Shown: positions 24,501-35,000 of the stretch, in pieces | Position numbering within the stretch: the first letter of the stretch is position 1 | Layout: each line of letters starts with the position of its first letter | Source of the DNA: Amoebophrya sp. A120 | Taxonomy: Eukaryota; Protista; Dinoflagellata | NCBI GenBank assembly: GCA_905178155.1 | Contig: CAJINV010000004.1 | Span: 2,440,228 to 2,504,227, forward strand | DNA length: 64,000 nt | Direction of reading: 5' to 3' | Program-made: the position numbers and the translations under genes | Notes under the pieces: model-generated | The model's database searches: none | Told to the model about the DNA's origin: nothing | The model's input: only the letters and a program-made list of their open reading frames with translations

Positions 24501-26719
24501 TCCTTTGACTGGCACCTGCTCCGCGCGGTGCTGTATCCTGTGCAAAAGTATCGTACTCGTAACAATTGCAGTCATGCATTACACATTTTTTTCCTAAGGT
24601 AAATCCGCATGACAAATTTTGTTTCTCATGCTGAGGGAATTTGTAATGCATTTGTATGAGTACGATACTTTTGCAATGCATATGCTGCTCCAGGGAAAGT
24701 TTCTTCCCCGCGTCATCATCGTCGAGCACACCGCCTCCATGCATCCCTTTGACGCCCGCTACTTTTCCCGGTACTTCAACGCCACCAAAACGGCGCGGTC
24801 GGACGGAAAGCGCGACGGCTTCGGCCGCGGACTCTACCAGTACTGGAGCCATTTTGGGTCGTCCATTCTGACTTTCCTCGACCTAGCGAACGCGTTCCGC
24901 TACGACCTGGTGTACTACTGCGACACAGATCTGGTCTTCGTACATCGAGACATATCCATCGAAAATTGTGTTGATTGTGGCGATGTGTTTGTTCTATTTC
25001 AGTATTGTGTTGCGGATCATGCAAGGCAGTTACTCCTACGATACTGAGTTTAAGGCGAGCCTGACTTAGTTTTTGTCACGAGTGAAGAAGACTTCGCTTT
25101 ACGAGTGGCGAAAAGAAATGTATCACACCAAAACGCAGTTTTGTCATCCTGGATAGAGTAGCCACTTCGGGACCGGGTTGGAGCTGCGGAAGGATCATTC
25201 CGCCGCGTTGCGGGGCGGGAAAAAACTCAGCAGATATGCAAGAAAAAAACTATGAATGTGAGTGTAAGTCTGTGATGCAGAAAGTGCAAAACTACTGTTA
25301 CACTCGTCATGCTGGATGTGCATCAGAGGCTCTTTTCGTACGTGTTTTCACGTGCTAGCTACGCATGACAGGTTTTCCGTGTCATGCAGAGCAAACTTGT
25401 GATGCTATTCCTCCAAGAAAATTACACTTACACAGTTTTTTCCTTGGATAGCAAAACAACTTCGAGTACTTCAACGAGGACCACGGGCAGTTCGTCCGCT
25501 GCTTCAGCGAATAAAGATTCCAGAAGTACAGGGGAAGATATTCCGGAGCAAAAAAATGATCGCGAGCAGCCACCGAGCACAGCGACCAGGACTTCTGCGA
25601 GCAGTGAAGTAGAGGGCGGTGTGTACGGCCTGGTCGTGGTGGACGAGAAAAATATTGATCACCGAGAAGAACCTCCTCGTTTGAACGGTATCACCGAGGT
25701 CTTTGGCGACCGGGACGATTCGACGGTGCTTTGGGAGCAGTATACGCCCGAAAAAGACACGGAACTCCGGCGAGGAGCCAGCTTGGTACAATGGCAGGAA
25801 GGGGAGGAAAGGAGAACGAGGACGACCATCGCTGACCTAGTTCTTCTTGCTGAAACCACGACTACTGCCCCACCACCGCCGCCCTCCCTCCCCGCCTCTG
25901 AACTGCCCAAGATCGGGTCGCTTTCGTACGTATGGATTGCAAATATGTCTGGGTCTGGAAGAATGCGAGATTTGTCATGCAGTTTTTCCATGACCCATGA
26001 GGTCTGGAATGCAGGACCTAGCATGACAGATTCTGTGCGATCGTTCTCATGCCTATTCTGCATGAGAAACTCCCTCCCGACTTGGTCAAAACTGGACGAC
26101 TTTTGGTAATCATGCAACACAGATTTTTGCATGCTTAAGATTTAGCATGACAAGTTGCATACTTCCAGACCCAGACACTTTTGCACTTGATATTACGACG
26201 TGCGCAACGCAGTCGCGGAGAACGACGGGCGGAGGCCGAGGTTCCTATCAACTGCAAAAATGTCTGGGTCTGGAAGAGTGCATGTTTGTCATGCTTTTCT
26301 GGCATGAGTCTTAAATCTGTCATGCACGTTACCCAAGAGCCCCACTCTTCTGTCATGCAAAAACGCAGTTTGTCATGCAGAATAGGCAACACCTAGAGGG
26401 CTTCAGAAACTTGTCATGCTGAGCCAGCACTTGTCGCTTCCTCATGATACGTCACCCAGCATCACAAGTTTCCAGACCCAAGCATTTTTGCATTTGATAG
26501 TTCCTCGGCATAAACAACCCGACGAAACTGTGCGAGCTGTACCAGCAGAGCGGGCGGTCGGTGGCGCGGCACCGGCTGTATCGGGGTAACGAAAATTACT
26601 GTTTTCCCAAAAGTATCTCGCCGCAGTGGAGTTTGGAGGAAATCCGGCTGAATTTTTGGCCAAGCCCAAAAACGACGTTTACCCCACAAGAGCTGCGGGA
26701 TGAGAATGTGAAAATTTGA
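15570..26719 (+). CDS. ~1641-aa secreted or membrane-anchored protein with a class I SAM-dependent (FkbM-like) methyltransferase domain
   Basis: 17 exons: 15570-16212, 16533-16597, 16846-17166, 17582-17638, 17793-17873, 18131-18187, 18462-18614, 18774-18895, 19173-20149, 22650-23832, 24074-24130, 24401-24533, 24688-24952, 25161-25234, 25456-25930, 26198-26245, 26505-26719 (4926 nt; 15 introners + GT-AG intron 17167-17581). N-terminal hydrophobic stretch; motifs FFVEIGTGLGTECNSR..GWDVRMFD..INL..INPDNVNEVF..VPQTFDVLSIDVDSFDW..FLPRVIIVEH..HFGSS. Confidence 0.8.
16213..16527. mobile_element. Introner-like element, family C (315 bp)
   Basis: TATTACAGTGAAAAATGCCCCCACCCCAGAA TIR; TSD GCAAT perfect. 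Confidence 0.9.
16598..16840. mobile_element. Introner-like element, unclassified/degenerate (243 bp)
   Basis: TATCG...CGATA ends; TSD CTACT/CAACC (3/5); removal restores the frame. Confidence 0.7.
17639..17787. mobile_element. Introner-like element, family B (149 bp)
   Basis: TATGAACTGG...GCACAGGATA; TSD ACCTT perfect. Confidence 0.9.
17874..18125. mobile_element. Introner-like element, family A (252 bp)
   Basis: TGCAAATATGTCTGGGTCTGGAA TIR; TSD AGCAC perfect. Confidence 0.92.
18188..18456. mobile_element. Introner-like element, family A (269 bp)
   Basis: TATCAACTGC...GCATTTGATA; TSD ATTCC perfect. Confidence 0.92.
18615..18768. mobile_element. Introner-like element, family B (154 bp)
   Basis: TATCCTGTGC...GCAATGCATA; TSD ACGTC perfect. 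Confidence 0.92.
18896..19167. mobile_element. Introner-like element, family A (272 bp)
   Basis: TATGGATTGC...GCGGTTGATA; TSD CTGGA perfect. Confidence 0.92.
20400..22629. mobile_element. ~2.2-kb non-coding repetitive insertion nested in an introner TIR
   Basis: Imperfect ~15-bp TIR TAGCCAGGGGGAAGG / CCTTTCCCGGGTCTA at a TA site. Internal ~730-bp duplication (from ~21205 and ~21933, partial third copy ~20815); GCTAACAAGCCGG and GGGAAACC mini-repeats. Confidence 0.7.
22441..22508. repeat. (CCGGGAAA/G)n octamer tandem repeat
   Basis: About 8 units, read directly. Confidence 0.9.
23833..24068. mobile_element. Introner-like element, family D (236 bp)
   Basis: TATGGGGTTCTCAA...TTGAGAGTCCTATA; TSD TGGCG perfect. 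Confidence 0.9.
24131..24395. mobile_element. Introner-like element, family A (265 bp)
   Basis: TSD CACAT perfect; family A TIR. Confidence 0.92.
24534..24682. mobile_element. Introner-like element, family B (149 bp)
   Basis: TGCAAAAGTATCGTACTC TIR; TSD TGCTG perfect. Confidence 0.92.
24953..25155. mobile_element. Introner-like element, degenerate (203 bp)
   Basis: TATCCA...TGGATA ends; TSD eroded (AGACA/GAGTA); removal with 5 flanking nt restores the frame (VHRDSHFGTG). Confidence 0.6.
25235..25450. mobile_element. Introner-like element, unclassified (216 bp)
   Basis: TATGCAAGAAAAAAACT / AGTTTTTTCCTTGGATA TIR; TSD GCAGA/GCAAA. Confidence 0.8.
25931..26192. mobile_element. Introner-like element, family A (262 bp)
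   Basis: TSD GTACG/TTACG; family A TIR. Confidence 0.9.
26246..26499. mobile_element. Introner-like element, family A (254 bp)
   Basis: TSD GTTCC perfect; family A TIR. Confidence 0.92.
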
Positions 26720-27358
26720 AGAAGTTGAACATATTACAACGGCAGCCACGTGAAGAAGATGAAGATGAACCCAAGAATGCAAATAGAACTTTTGTTTTCA
26801 AGAGCGGCCGGCGGGGTCCTTTGTCCCCATCGCTCTCATAGTGAAGCAAGAGCACAGCAGGAGGGGCGCAAATCCCAACTCATTTCATTAGATCGACGCG
26901 ACTATTGCTGCAGCTGCTTTGTCAGAGCTTTCGTAGGGACCGCGGAAACTGTCCTCCTCTTTTTCTTTTTCGGTTCGACGGTATTGAACTCGACGCACTT
27001 CTTATGCTGGTATTTGTCGGAGAAGGGATTTCATTTCGATTTCTCCGCGCCTTGACCTTGAGGGTCGAGTTCGTCCGTCCGATCGTCTTCGAGCGAGGAT
27101 ATTCGAAAGGCAAACACAAAAATTGGCAAAATCGCTGGTGTGTTGCGAGAGGGATGAATCGTAGGGAATATTCAAAAAAACTTCAAATTGCGCGGTAAGA
27201 AAAATTCAAATTGCGTTCGTTGATTGTTTGTGTGTATCATGTAAGAAGTTCTTTTGTGCTCGAAGGCCCCTGTGAGACAAGCGCACGAAACCTATTCTCG
27301 TTCTCGATAGGTCAAAAGGAAAATAAGCAAAAGTGACAGTAAAAGGAAGATAGACGTC

Positions 27359-29018
27359 ATGGCTCAGCCGTATAGGTTTTTTGACGACGGTGTGCTTCGT
27401 CCGAGCGCGGCAGCTACGCAGCACGACGAGCCAGGGCAGCTGCATCAGCAACACCAGACTTCGTCAACGGGTGGCCCCCCGCCGGGCGGACCGCCTTCTT
27501 CCTCCACACCGTCGGCGCACCAGCGTGATGAGCCCCCGCTATACCCTCCGTCCTACGGCACCACCGGGGAAACGCCTGGGTTGCCCAAGTTTTTCCCGAA
27601 GAATGCAGATGATCCGGAGGGGTCGTATGGGATGTATAGATGTTAGAATGGTTTTCATACCGCTGCTCTAGTACTAGTAGTGCTTGCGCTTATTTTTACG
27701 ATACATCATTACGACGCAATTGAAGGAGCGTTTATACGAACATGACAAGTTGAAACAAGTTTCACGTTGAGAAAAAAACAACTACATACAGCCCGTTGAC
27801 CAAGACATTCTTTTGGATGGGTCTCGTTAGTTCCGTGGTGATTCCGACGACACTGTACGAATTCACCGTCGGAGTCAGCTGCGCACAGGAAAACACGCTG
27901 CTCGGATGGATAGTTTTTGGTACGATGAAGTATAGAATTTTTTTCGTGGTTGGTAAGAACTTGGCGATCATGCCGAAGTCTGATGAAGATAAGTCAGATC
28001 GTCTTCGCATGGTGTCGTGAAGAGGACTGACAAATAAATATTTTGACTTGATGTTGATGTGAGATCGATGGCAAAAATTTGAATTATCACTCCTAATTCA
28101 CCCCACTGAAATTATCAAACTCCAGGTTTGCTCGGTTGCGCGCCGACGGCCTATGTGCTTCCCTTGGCAAAGAACTACCTGTGTTTTTCCGCATTGGGCT
28201 CCCTTTCCCTCGCGGGTTTTGCCGCTCTTTTGGTGCTTTTGTGGATTTGCGGTGGCGCGTGGCTGCTTTTCATCCGATATGCATTGCAAAAGTATCGTAC
28301 TCGTATGAATGCATTAGAAATTTCCTCAGCGTGGGAAATAAAATTTGTAACGCAGATTTAACTTTAGAGAAATTCAAATTTGTAATGCATGAATGCGATT
28401 AGTACGAGGAGGCACGATACTTTTGCACAGGATATCCGGCCCCCGACCTGCCAGCAGACCGCCCTCTTTTTCACCACAGTAGTGATGGTAGTGGTGCACT
28501 TTGTCGGCCTGATCTACGGATTTGGTAAGCGGGTTCTCCGGAGACTCGGTGCGAAATTTTGACACACTACTTGTTCTTCGACGTTGATTTAGTATGGTTG
28601 TGCGACGTGATAGACAATGATTCCGGGACGATGATGCGACCACTTCTAGAGGCACATAATGTTGGTATTCAAGAATGAACTTGCACCACAGTAAATGCAG
28701 TCAGACTCAGAGGTGCTAATAGTGGTTCCCCGGTTACGTGCGTCACGACCCGGTCTCTACTTCTTCCAGACGAACAAAGGAAATGAACTTTGTAGCGCCA
28801 CTTCTTTTGCGAGCTCTTTTTTTTTGTCTGATGAGATATTTTCTTCGATTTGCTGCGCAGAGCTGCTGTGCTTTTTAAATCTCTACGATGTTTTTGCGAC
28901 GCATTCGATTTTTGGTAATCGCAAATCTCGTGCAGGTGCACGCCCACGAGAACAACTTTTCGTGTCTCCTATTCTCTTCAAAGAAAAAGTCTTCCGAACT
29001 GCCTGTAAGATTGACTAA
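27359..29018 (+). CDS. Small multi-pass (about 4 TM) membrane protein; 3' end uncertain
   Basis: Exons 27359-27624, 27792-27919, 28126-28277, 28440-28524 join in frame (GT-AG introns plus one introner). Hydrophobic segments FFWMGLVSSVVIP, LLGWIVFGLLGC, LAGFAALLVLLWICGGAWLLFI, FFTTVVMVVVHFVGLIYGF. Last exon tentatively from 28711. Confidence 0.6.
28278..28434. mobile_element. Introner-like element, family B (157 bp)
   Basis: TATGCATTGC...GCACAGGATA; TSD TCCGA/TCCGG. Confidence 0.9.
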
Positions 29019-29814
29019 CTGCTGCTCCGTGCCTCGTCAAACTTTAAATACAATGCAATTCCTTACTGAAACTGAACGTGAACCAGGATAAAGTGTCTCT
29101 TCTTGAACAAGTCATGAAATTGTTTCCGATGGTTAGAAGAGTTGTCTTCAAACGGTGCGTCAGGAGAAAAGACCGCTGGAACTACGAGCGGTGGAAAGTT
29201 GAAGTACTCATGATTTGTGCCCCTCGCGTTTCTGGTGTTCGAGGAATTTGTGTGTCTGTCAAACGTTCTGGTGCATAAAAAGCAAAAAAGATGAACAGTC
29301 GTAAACAGCTTCGTGCTTCGTCGTCTTTTCTTCGTACTAATTATACGATTGTAAGTGTAGCAGTCGTTTTCGTGCGGAAAAACAGTCGCGTACAAAGATG
29401 CGGATTGGAAAAGCCGGCACGTCAAAAGCTATTGCTATGCTCGTACAATAAAATTCGCCGATGTCAGACCACTCGTCCCAAAAGCTGGTATGTGCTCTTC
29501 TTTTCGTCAGCGTCCCAATCGTGAAATGTCGTTTTTGTTCATCTTTCTTTTTTGTTTTTCTGTTTCAAACTCAAACTCTATCGTCATCTACTAAGCCTTC
29601 CTAAATTCTGAGCCTTTTCAGCAAAAGAGTCAACTCTAGTAAGAAGCAGGCACTCTTCGCCATCACCCCACAAACTGGCTTTCTCTTTACACAGCGTCGG
29701 CGAACCACGCCCGGTCTAAGTATTTCATCCAACGGAGAAGGTCGCAATCAATTATATCAAACCCGCTTCTCTTATCGGTCTCAAAAAGTGTATTTTTATC
29801 GACCACCAGAATAC

Positions 29815-29865
29815 TGGCTCAAGAAAGTAGCATTTTGGCTCAAGATGTAGCATTTTTGGCTCAAG
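29815..29865 (+). other. Tandem relict dinoflagellate spliced-leader (dinoSL) copies
   Basis: TGGCTCAAG (29815-23), GTAGCATTTTGGCTCAAG (29827-44) and GTAGCATTTTTGGCTCAAG (29847-65), compared with dinoSL DCCGTAGCCATTTTGGCTCAAG. Confidence 0.8.
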
Positions 29866-32033
29866 AGGACACATAAGAGCGGCTGGTGTAGAAGAGCAGA
29901 AAAGATCCTGTTTTAGCGCTAAAAAGCGACGACGTTTTTTTTGTTTTTATCAGTTTCTACATTGTCCGCGCCACCAGTCGCTCCACCGCACTAGGCGGCT
30001 TCACAGGTCAACACGTTTAGCGCCCTCGAACGCGGCGAGGTAGGGATGTGCCATTTATCGTAGAGCTGGTTCTTGTTCTTCTCTTTGTCGTCGCAGTACA
30101 CACCAGCAAAAAGTAGAGGCTCTGTAGCACCGCCGAAAAGGAACACGCTACCCCCCTTCACCCTGGACCAAACAGCAGACAGCACAGCCAAGCCTGTGGC
30201 TGGCAGCCGCGCGACGCGTTTCAACGAACAACACGCCAGGGCGGAGAACAGCCGGGGCCGCTCCCCCCGCTGCCGGGTCCCTGGGTGCCGCACCGAGTTC
30301 GGGACCACGCTGAAGGCGCGTAGTCACAAGACGGGCGCAGCCCGGTCGGCCGCACTTTTGTCTAGGAACAGAACCACCGTCAGAGCGATGCGCCTCCTTC
30401 TTGAGTGATGTTCCGCTGGAACTACAGTCCCGCCCGGATAAGTGCTGCTGGGTCGATTGTCCATTGTTGTGGGAAGCTGGAGCAGTGTGAGTACAATCAA
30501 TTGATTAAGGGGTGGGGCATTCATGATCATGTTGCTGCGTTTGTTTCTTTGCATGCCGAATGCATTTGCATGCCGTAGCCGTATTGTAGGCAAGTGTAGG
30601 CTTTAGATTATTTGCTCTTGTTCAACACACCCTGTTGCCCCGCCCCTGCGAAGAAAAAGCTTCTCATCAATGACTCAGGCCGGCCGCAGAATGAAGTGAT
30701 CGGGAGGCGGGATGGAGGCCGACGCTTGGGGAGGTCCGCGAACGAGTCTGCGACTCCGCATGGTGGACAGATTAGCACTGGCATCGCAGCAGCGTGTGGT
30801 GAGGGACGCCGCGCGCTACTACCACAGTAGGGGGCGGGACTTTTGACGGGAGGGCATCAAAGCTTCGCGTGAGCAGCGGGGCGGCAGAGTCAAGGAGCGT
30901 GCGCGGGGACAACTAGCGACTCTCCGCCCCCCCGCTAGAGGGAGCAGCTGCTCCCTCTGAAGCCCCGGCGCTTCACCTTCGGTATTCGCGCGTAAGCTAG
31001 CAGCCTTGTGCCGCAGGATTGCGCGCAAGCTGCTCGAGAAGGCGTCGGGAGTGTGGAGGAAGCCACGCTAGGCGGGGAAACGAAATGGAGCGACGACCCG
31101 AACCTGGACGGAAGGGGTGGCGCTGCCGTATGCTTACGTGTATCCCTGAGTGAGCGAGTCATTGGCCACAACTTGCATGAAGCACAGACCTACGGTGTGG
31201 GTATGTGCGTGGCAAGCAAAAGACGTTTTGCATGGATCTTTGTATGGAGCACTCGCCCTCCCTTTTGCTTTAGCCGGAATGGCGAATGGCGATGATTTGG
31301 GGGCCGCTCGATAGCGCTAGGCGCTAGTTCGCAAGTAAGCAAGTGAGTCGCGCCGTCTCCGGGGGGCGTTCCCTGGTCTCACTTTACAGGCAAAAACTTA
31401 GCAGGGAAAGGATCCATGTGCCGGCTTGGGAGGTCGGTGCGTGCTTCTTCTGGCAAAGCTCGTCCAGAAGTAACCACTGACTGTGGGACGTCGTTCATGT
31501 ATGCGCTGCGTCATGGCATACGCAGTGGGTCCGGTGCTCGAGCTTTAGTGACCGAGCCGTTGTGGAGCTTAAGTGCTCCCCGCGCCGGACCTAAAAAACA
31601 GGGCTTATTGCCTCGGCTCGGTCGCTGATCAGATCCGCCCTACACTTATGCAGAGTGCTACAGTGTGTGCGTTTTTGGTCCCCCCTGAACGACGTGCGTG
31701 AGTGTGTGGCCCGCACCCAAGTCCGAAAAAACCTAGCCTCATAACAGCCGCGCCCTTATGGTATAGATCAACTGTTCGCCATAGAGGATCGGCGTTCAGC
31801 TGCTCTCGGGCTGGAGGAGGGAGCAGCACGCAGCAGTCCGCTAAAGGGCACACTGCCAACATCATCATCAGAATACACATAGAGGAAGCAGGTACACGCT
31901 TACGAACTTCTCTTGGCTCATTGCGATACCAGTGCAGTTTTTTTTTGGCTACGGGAAAACTTCCGATACATAATTACTGGGCGCCGGGCTAGATATTTTG
32001 TAGGTACTAAATCTAAACCTTCAAACAAACAAG

Positions 32034-35000
32034 ATGGCGGGCTTTTTCTACTCTCCCTTGAGCGCGAAGGTCTTTTCCCTTCTTGTCGCCGTCCATGTAA
32101 GTAATCCTGAGCAGACCATGTTCTTCGCCCTCGCGCAGGACCCGGCACTGCAACTTTCCTTCGCGTGCCCCTATACCAGCGTGAGTTGTTGCGGCACCCT
32201 GGCCGGCGCGGCGCAAATTGCCGCGCAGCACGTGAACAACCGGAACGGGAGCTTGGTGTCCGAGTTGGCGTCGCTCCAAAATGCGACCATTTCCGTGTCG
32301 GCCCAGGATCGGGACTACTACACGTCGGCCTACGAACTGGTGAAGGCGAGCCAGGAGGTGGTGACCACCGGCAGCTTGAAGAAAGCGGACGCCTACTTGG
32401 CGTTTTACTACTCCTCCGACGTGATTTCCGCGCACGAGTACTTCGTGGAAAAGAACTTGGACACTCCCTTGATCGGGTGGGGCGCAGCCAGTCCGGTGTT
32501 CAACGAGTACCCGACCTACTACCAAAACTTTTACAGTTTTGGAAGCGTCAGGACCGAAATCGACAAAGTCGACAAATTTGTGATGCGTAAAATGTAGGGC
32601 ACTGGAGGCCTGTATTGGGGAGCAGGCAAGCGAGACCGATTGTGAGCCTGTTTAGGGGTATGCAATGTGCTGCCAGAGTAGCATGACAGGAGCAGTCTTC
32701 TTTGCCCAAACAGCATGACAGACTGGATTTGATTGCTCCCGAAATTTGTCATGCGCCACTTCCAAACTGAGGCTCCAACTGGAATCCATTTTATGCATGA
32801 CAAATCATTTTGATTTTGTCAATTGCGATTCTGACACTTCCATAACAGTCTGTACCCGAACGACGCGATGCTGGCGACGCAGATGGCCCGGCTCTTCTTC
32901 CACCAGTTCGGGTTCAAGTTCGTGGCGGTCATCAGCGAGCCGGACGCCTGGAGCGACGGCTTCGCGAAGGTGTTTGCGGCGGAGTTCGTAAAGCTTGTTA
33001 ACGCCGGCGCCGCTTCGGCCGGCGGAGGTAGTAGCAGCAGTAGCAGTACAATATCGCCGTCAGTTCGGTACAAACTTTCTGCCGACTCGCCGATTACGGC
33101 GACGGAGTGCCAGACTACTTTGCAGCAGATCCGTAAGGCGACCGCGAGGGTCGTGCTGTACGTGTCAGGCTACGCGGCGCACCTGCAGACCATGCTGTTG
33201 GAGGCGCGGCGGCTGACGATGGCGGGGCCGCAGGCCAAGGAGTACGTGTGGGCGGCGCTGAACTTGGGGACGCCGGGCACCGTGTACAGGGGTGCGGAGT
33301 ACCACAACATGTTGACCCTCAGCCCGCGCATGCAGGACGCCGCGGCCGAGAGTAAGATGCAGCAGCTCCGGGCCGAAATGTGGACGGCGGAGATGGCGGC
33401 GGGGCCGCTGCCCACCGGCGCCATCCACGGCTATGCACTGCAAATATGTGGTCTGGGTGTGGAAAAGGACCAAGTTTGTCATGCATATTTTCCATGACCC
33501 ATGAAGTCTGTCTCTGTGATGCATGCCCGAGCATCACACATTCTGCGAGAGCTTTCTGATGCTCATACCGCATGAGAAGTGCCCCCTTCGCGTGGCAAAA
33601 ACTGGACCTCTTCTGCTGTTCATGCAATAGAGGTTTATTTATGTAGAGTCCAAAGTTAGCCTCTTTTTCGACGCGTTCGGACTGAGGATTGTTCCGCATC
33701 GCAGGTATTATAATATTTAGATTTCGCGTACAGCCACCCTATTTACCTGCTGATGGGCCGCACCCGGAAGCATCCAGTTTGTTTACATCAGCGCTTAAGT
33801 GGGTGCTGTGGTGGTTTTCAGCGGGCCGCACCCAAGGACTCCATCCACTCGCCCCGCGCAAGACAATAGACGTTTTTGGCTGCAGACACGATAACAGTCC
33901 ACCTAAGTTAAGGGGCCGCACCCCGTTTTTTTAAGCTCGGCCCGTTCCTTGCACACAGTGTGCAGCACCAGGCGGGACCATAGATGAGCAGATATTTCTG
34001 GCGACATTCTTGTGGACATATTGAAGCATCATGATGACAAATAGTTCTTATTTTACAGCTACCGCTTCGTTTTGCAACTCCAGCAATCGAGGTTGTGCTG
34101 ACCTGTTTTGTACAAAGATATGAAAAAGTCTGACATTCCAAAAAAAAGAAGTAGATTCATCCTCTCGTCGCCACCAACATAAGTACCTTGAGGTGCCGCA
34201 CACCTCTATCTCTAGTCTCTTGTTGAAAACTTCTTGCTCGTTCGGTCGCGCATGTGCGGTGCAGCCCGCTCAGAGTTTTTTGTTTTTCATGCGACTCTGC
34301 AGCACTCACGCATGAATCTTTGCGTGTTCCAAGTCCTAGGACTTTCATGGGCTCACGCACATCCGAGATCGGGGGGGTAGGAGGGGGTCTCCAAGCCAAA
34401 AAAAAACTAAGCAGCATCACCTCAGGGTTCCAGGGTTCCAAAGTTAGCATCACAAGTTCCAACCTTCCAGACCCAGACACTTTATTTACATTTGATAACG
34501 GCTTGACCGCGACCACCGGATCCGGACCGTCGAAACTGCCCGTGGTGGATATGGCCGCGTTCTCAAGCGTTACATTCTCAACTGTGACATGATTTCCCAT
34601 GCAAAATTACCTTCAGAAACAGAATCGAAACCATCAAGCTGCTTCGCATGACAACTTCTCAGAGGCCTAAGCAGGCTGCTAATCTGTGCCAAACCCAAAT
34701 CTGTCATGCAAGACGCGCAAGGTCCCCTGTTTCACTTTTGCCATCGTTGCACTACAAATTGATGTAACATTTGAGAGTGCAACGTTTGAGAGCGCCATAG
34801 TGGAACGCCAACAGCTGTTGGTTGGTTGCGAGGAGTTTCTTCTATGCATTGCAAATATTGTGTCATCTGGGTATAGAAAACGAAAATTGCAAGCTTGTAA
34901 ACATGCATGTTCTATCTTGTGCAACAGCATGGCGAAGGAACATGGCTTCTTTGTCATGCGGAGCCGCAACCTCTCATGCGGAGTTCTAGGCAAGAACGCA

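Noticed and set aside
29827-29880. Functional SL RNA gene
   Set aside because: The copies are truncated or mutated and are not followed by a GT donor.
29991-31700. Possible decayed retroelement downstream of the SL relics
   Set aside because: Only short interrupted ORFs; no RT, endonuclease or recombinase motif recognised.
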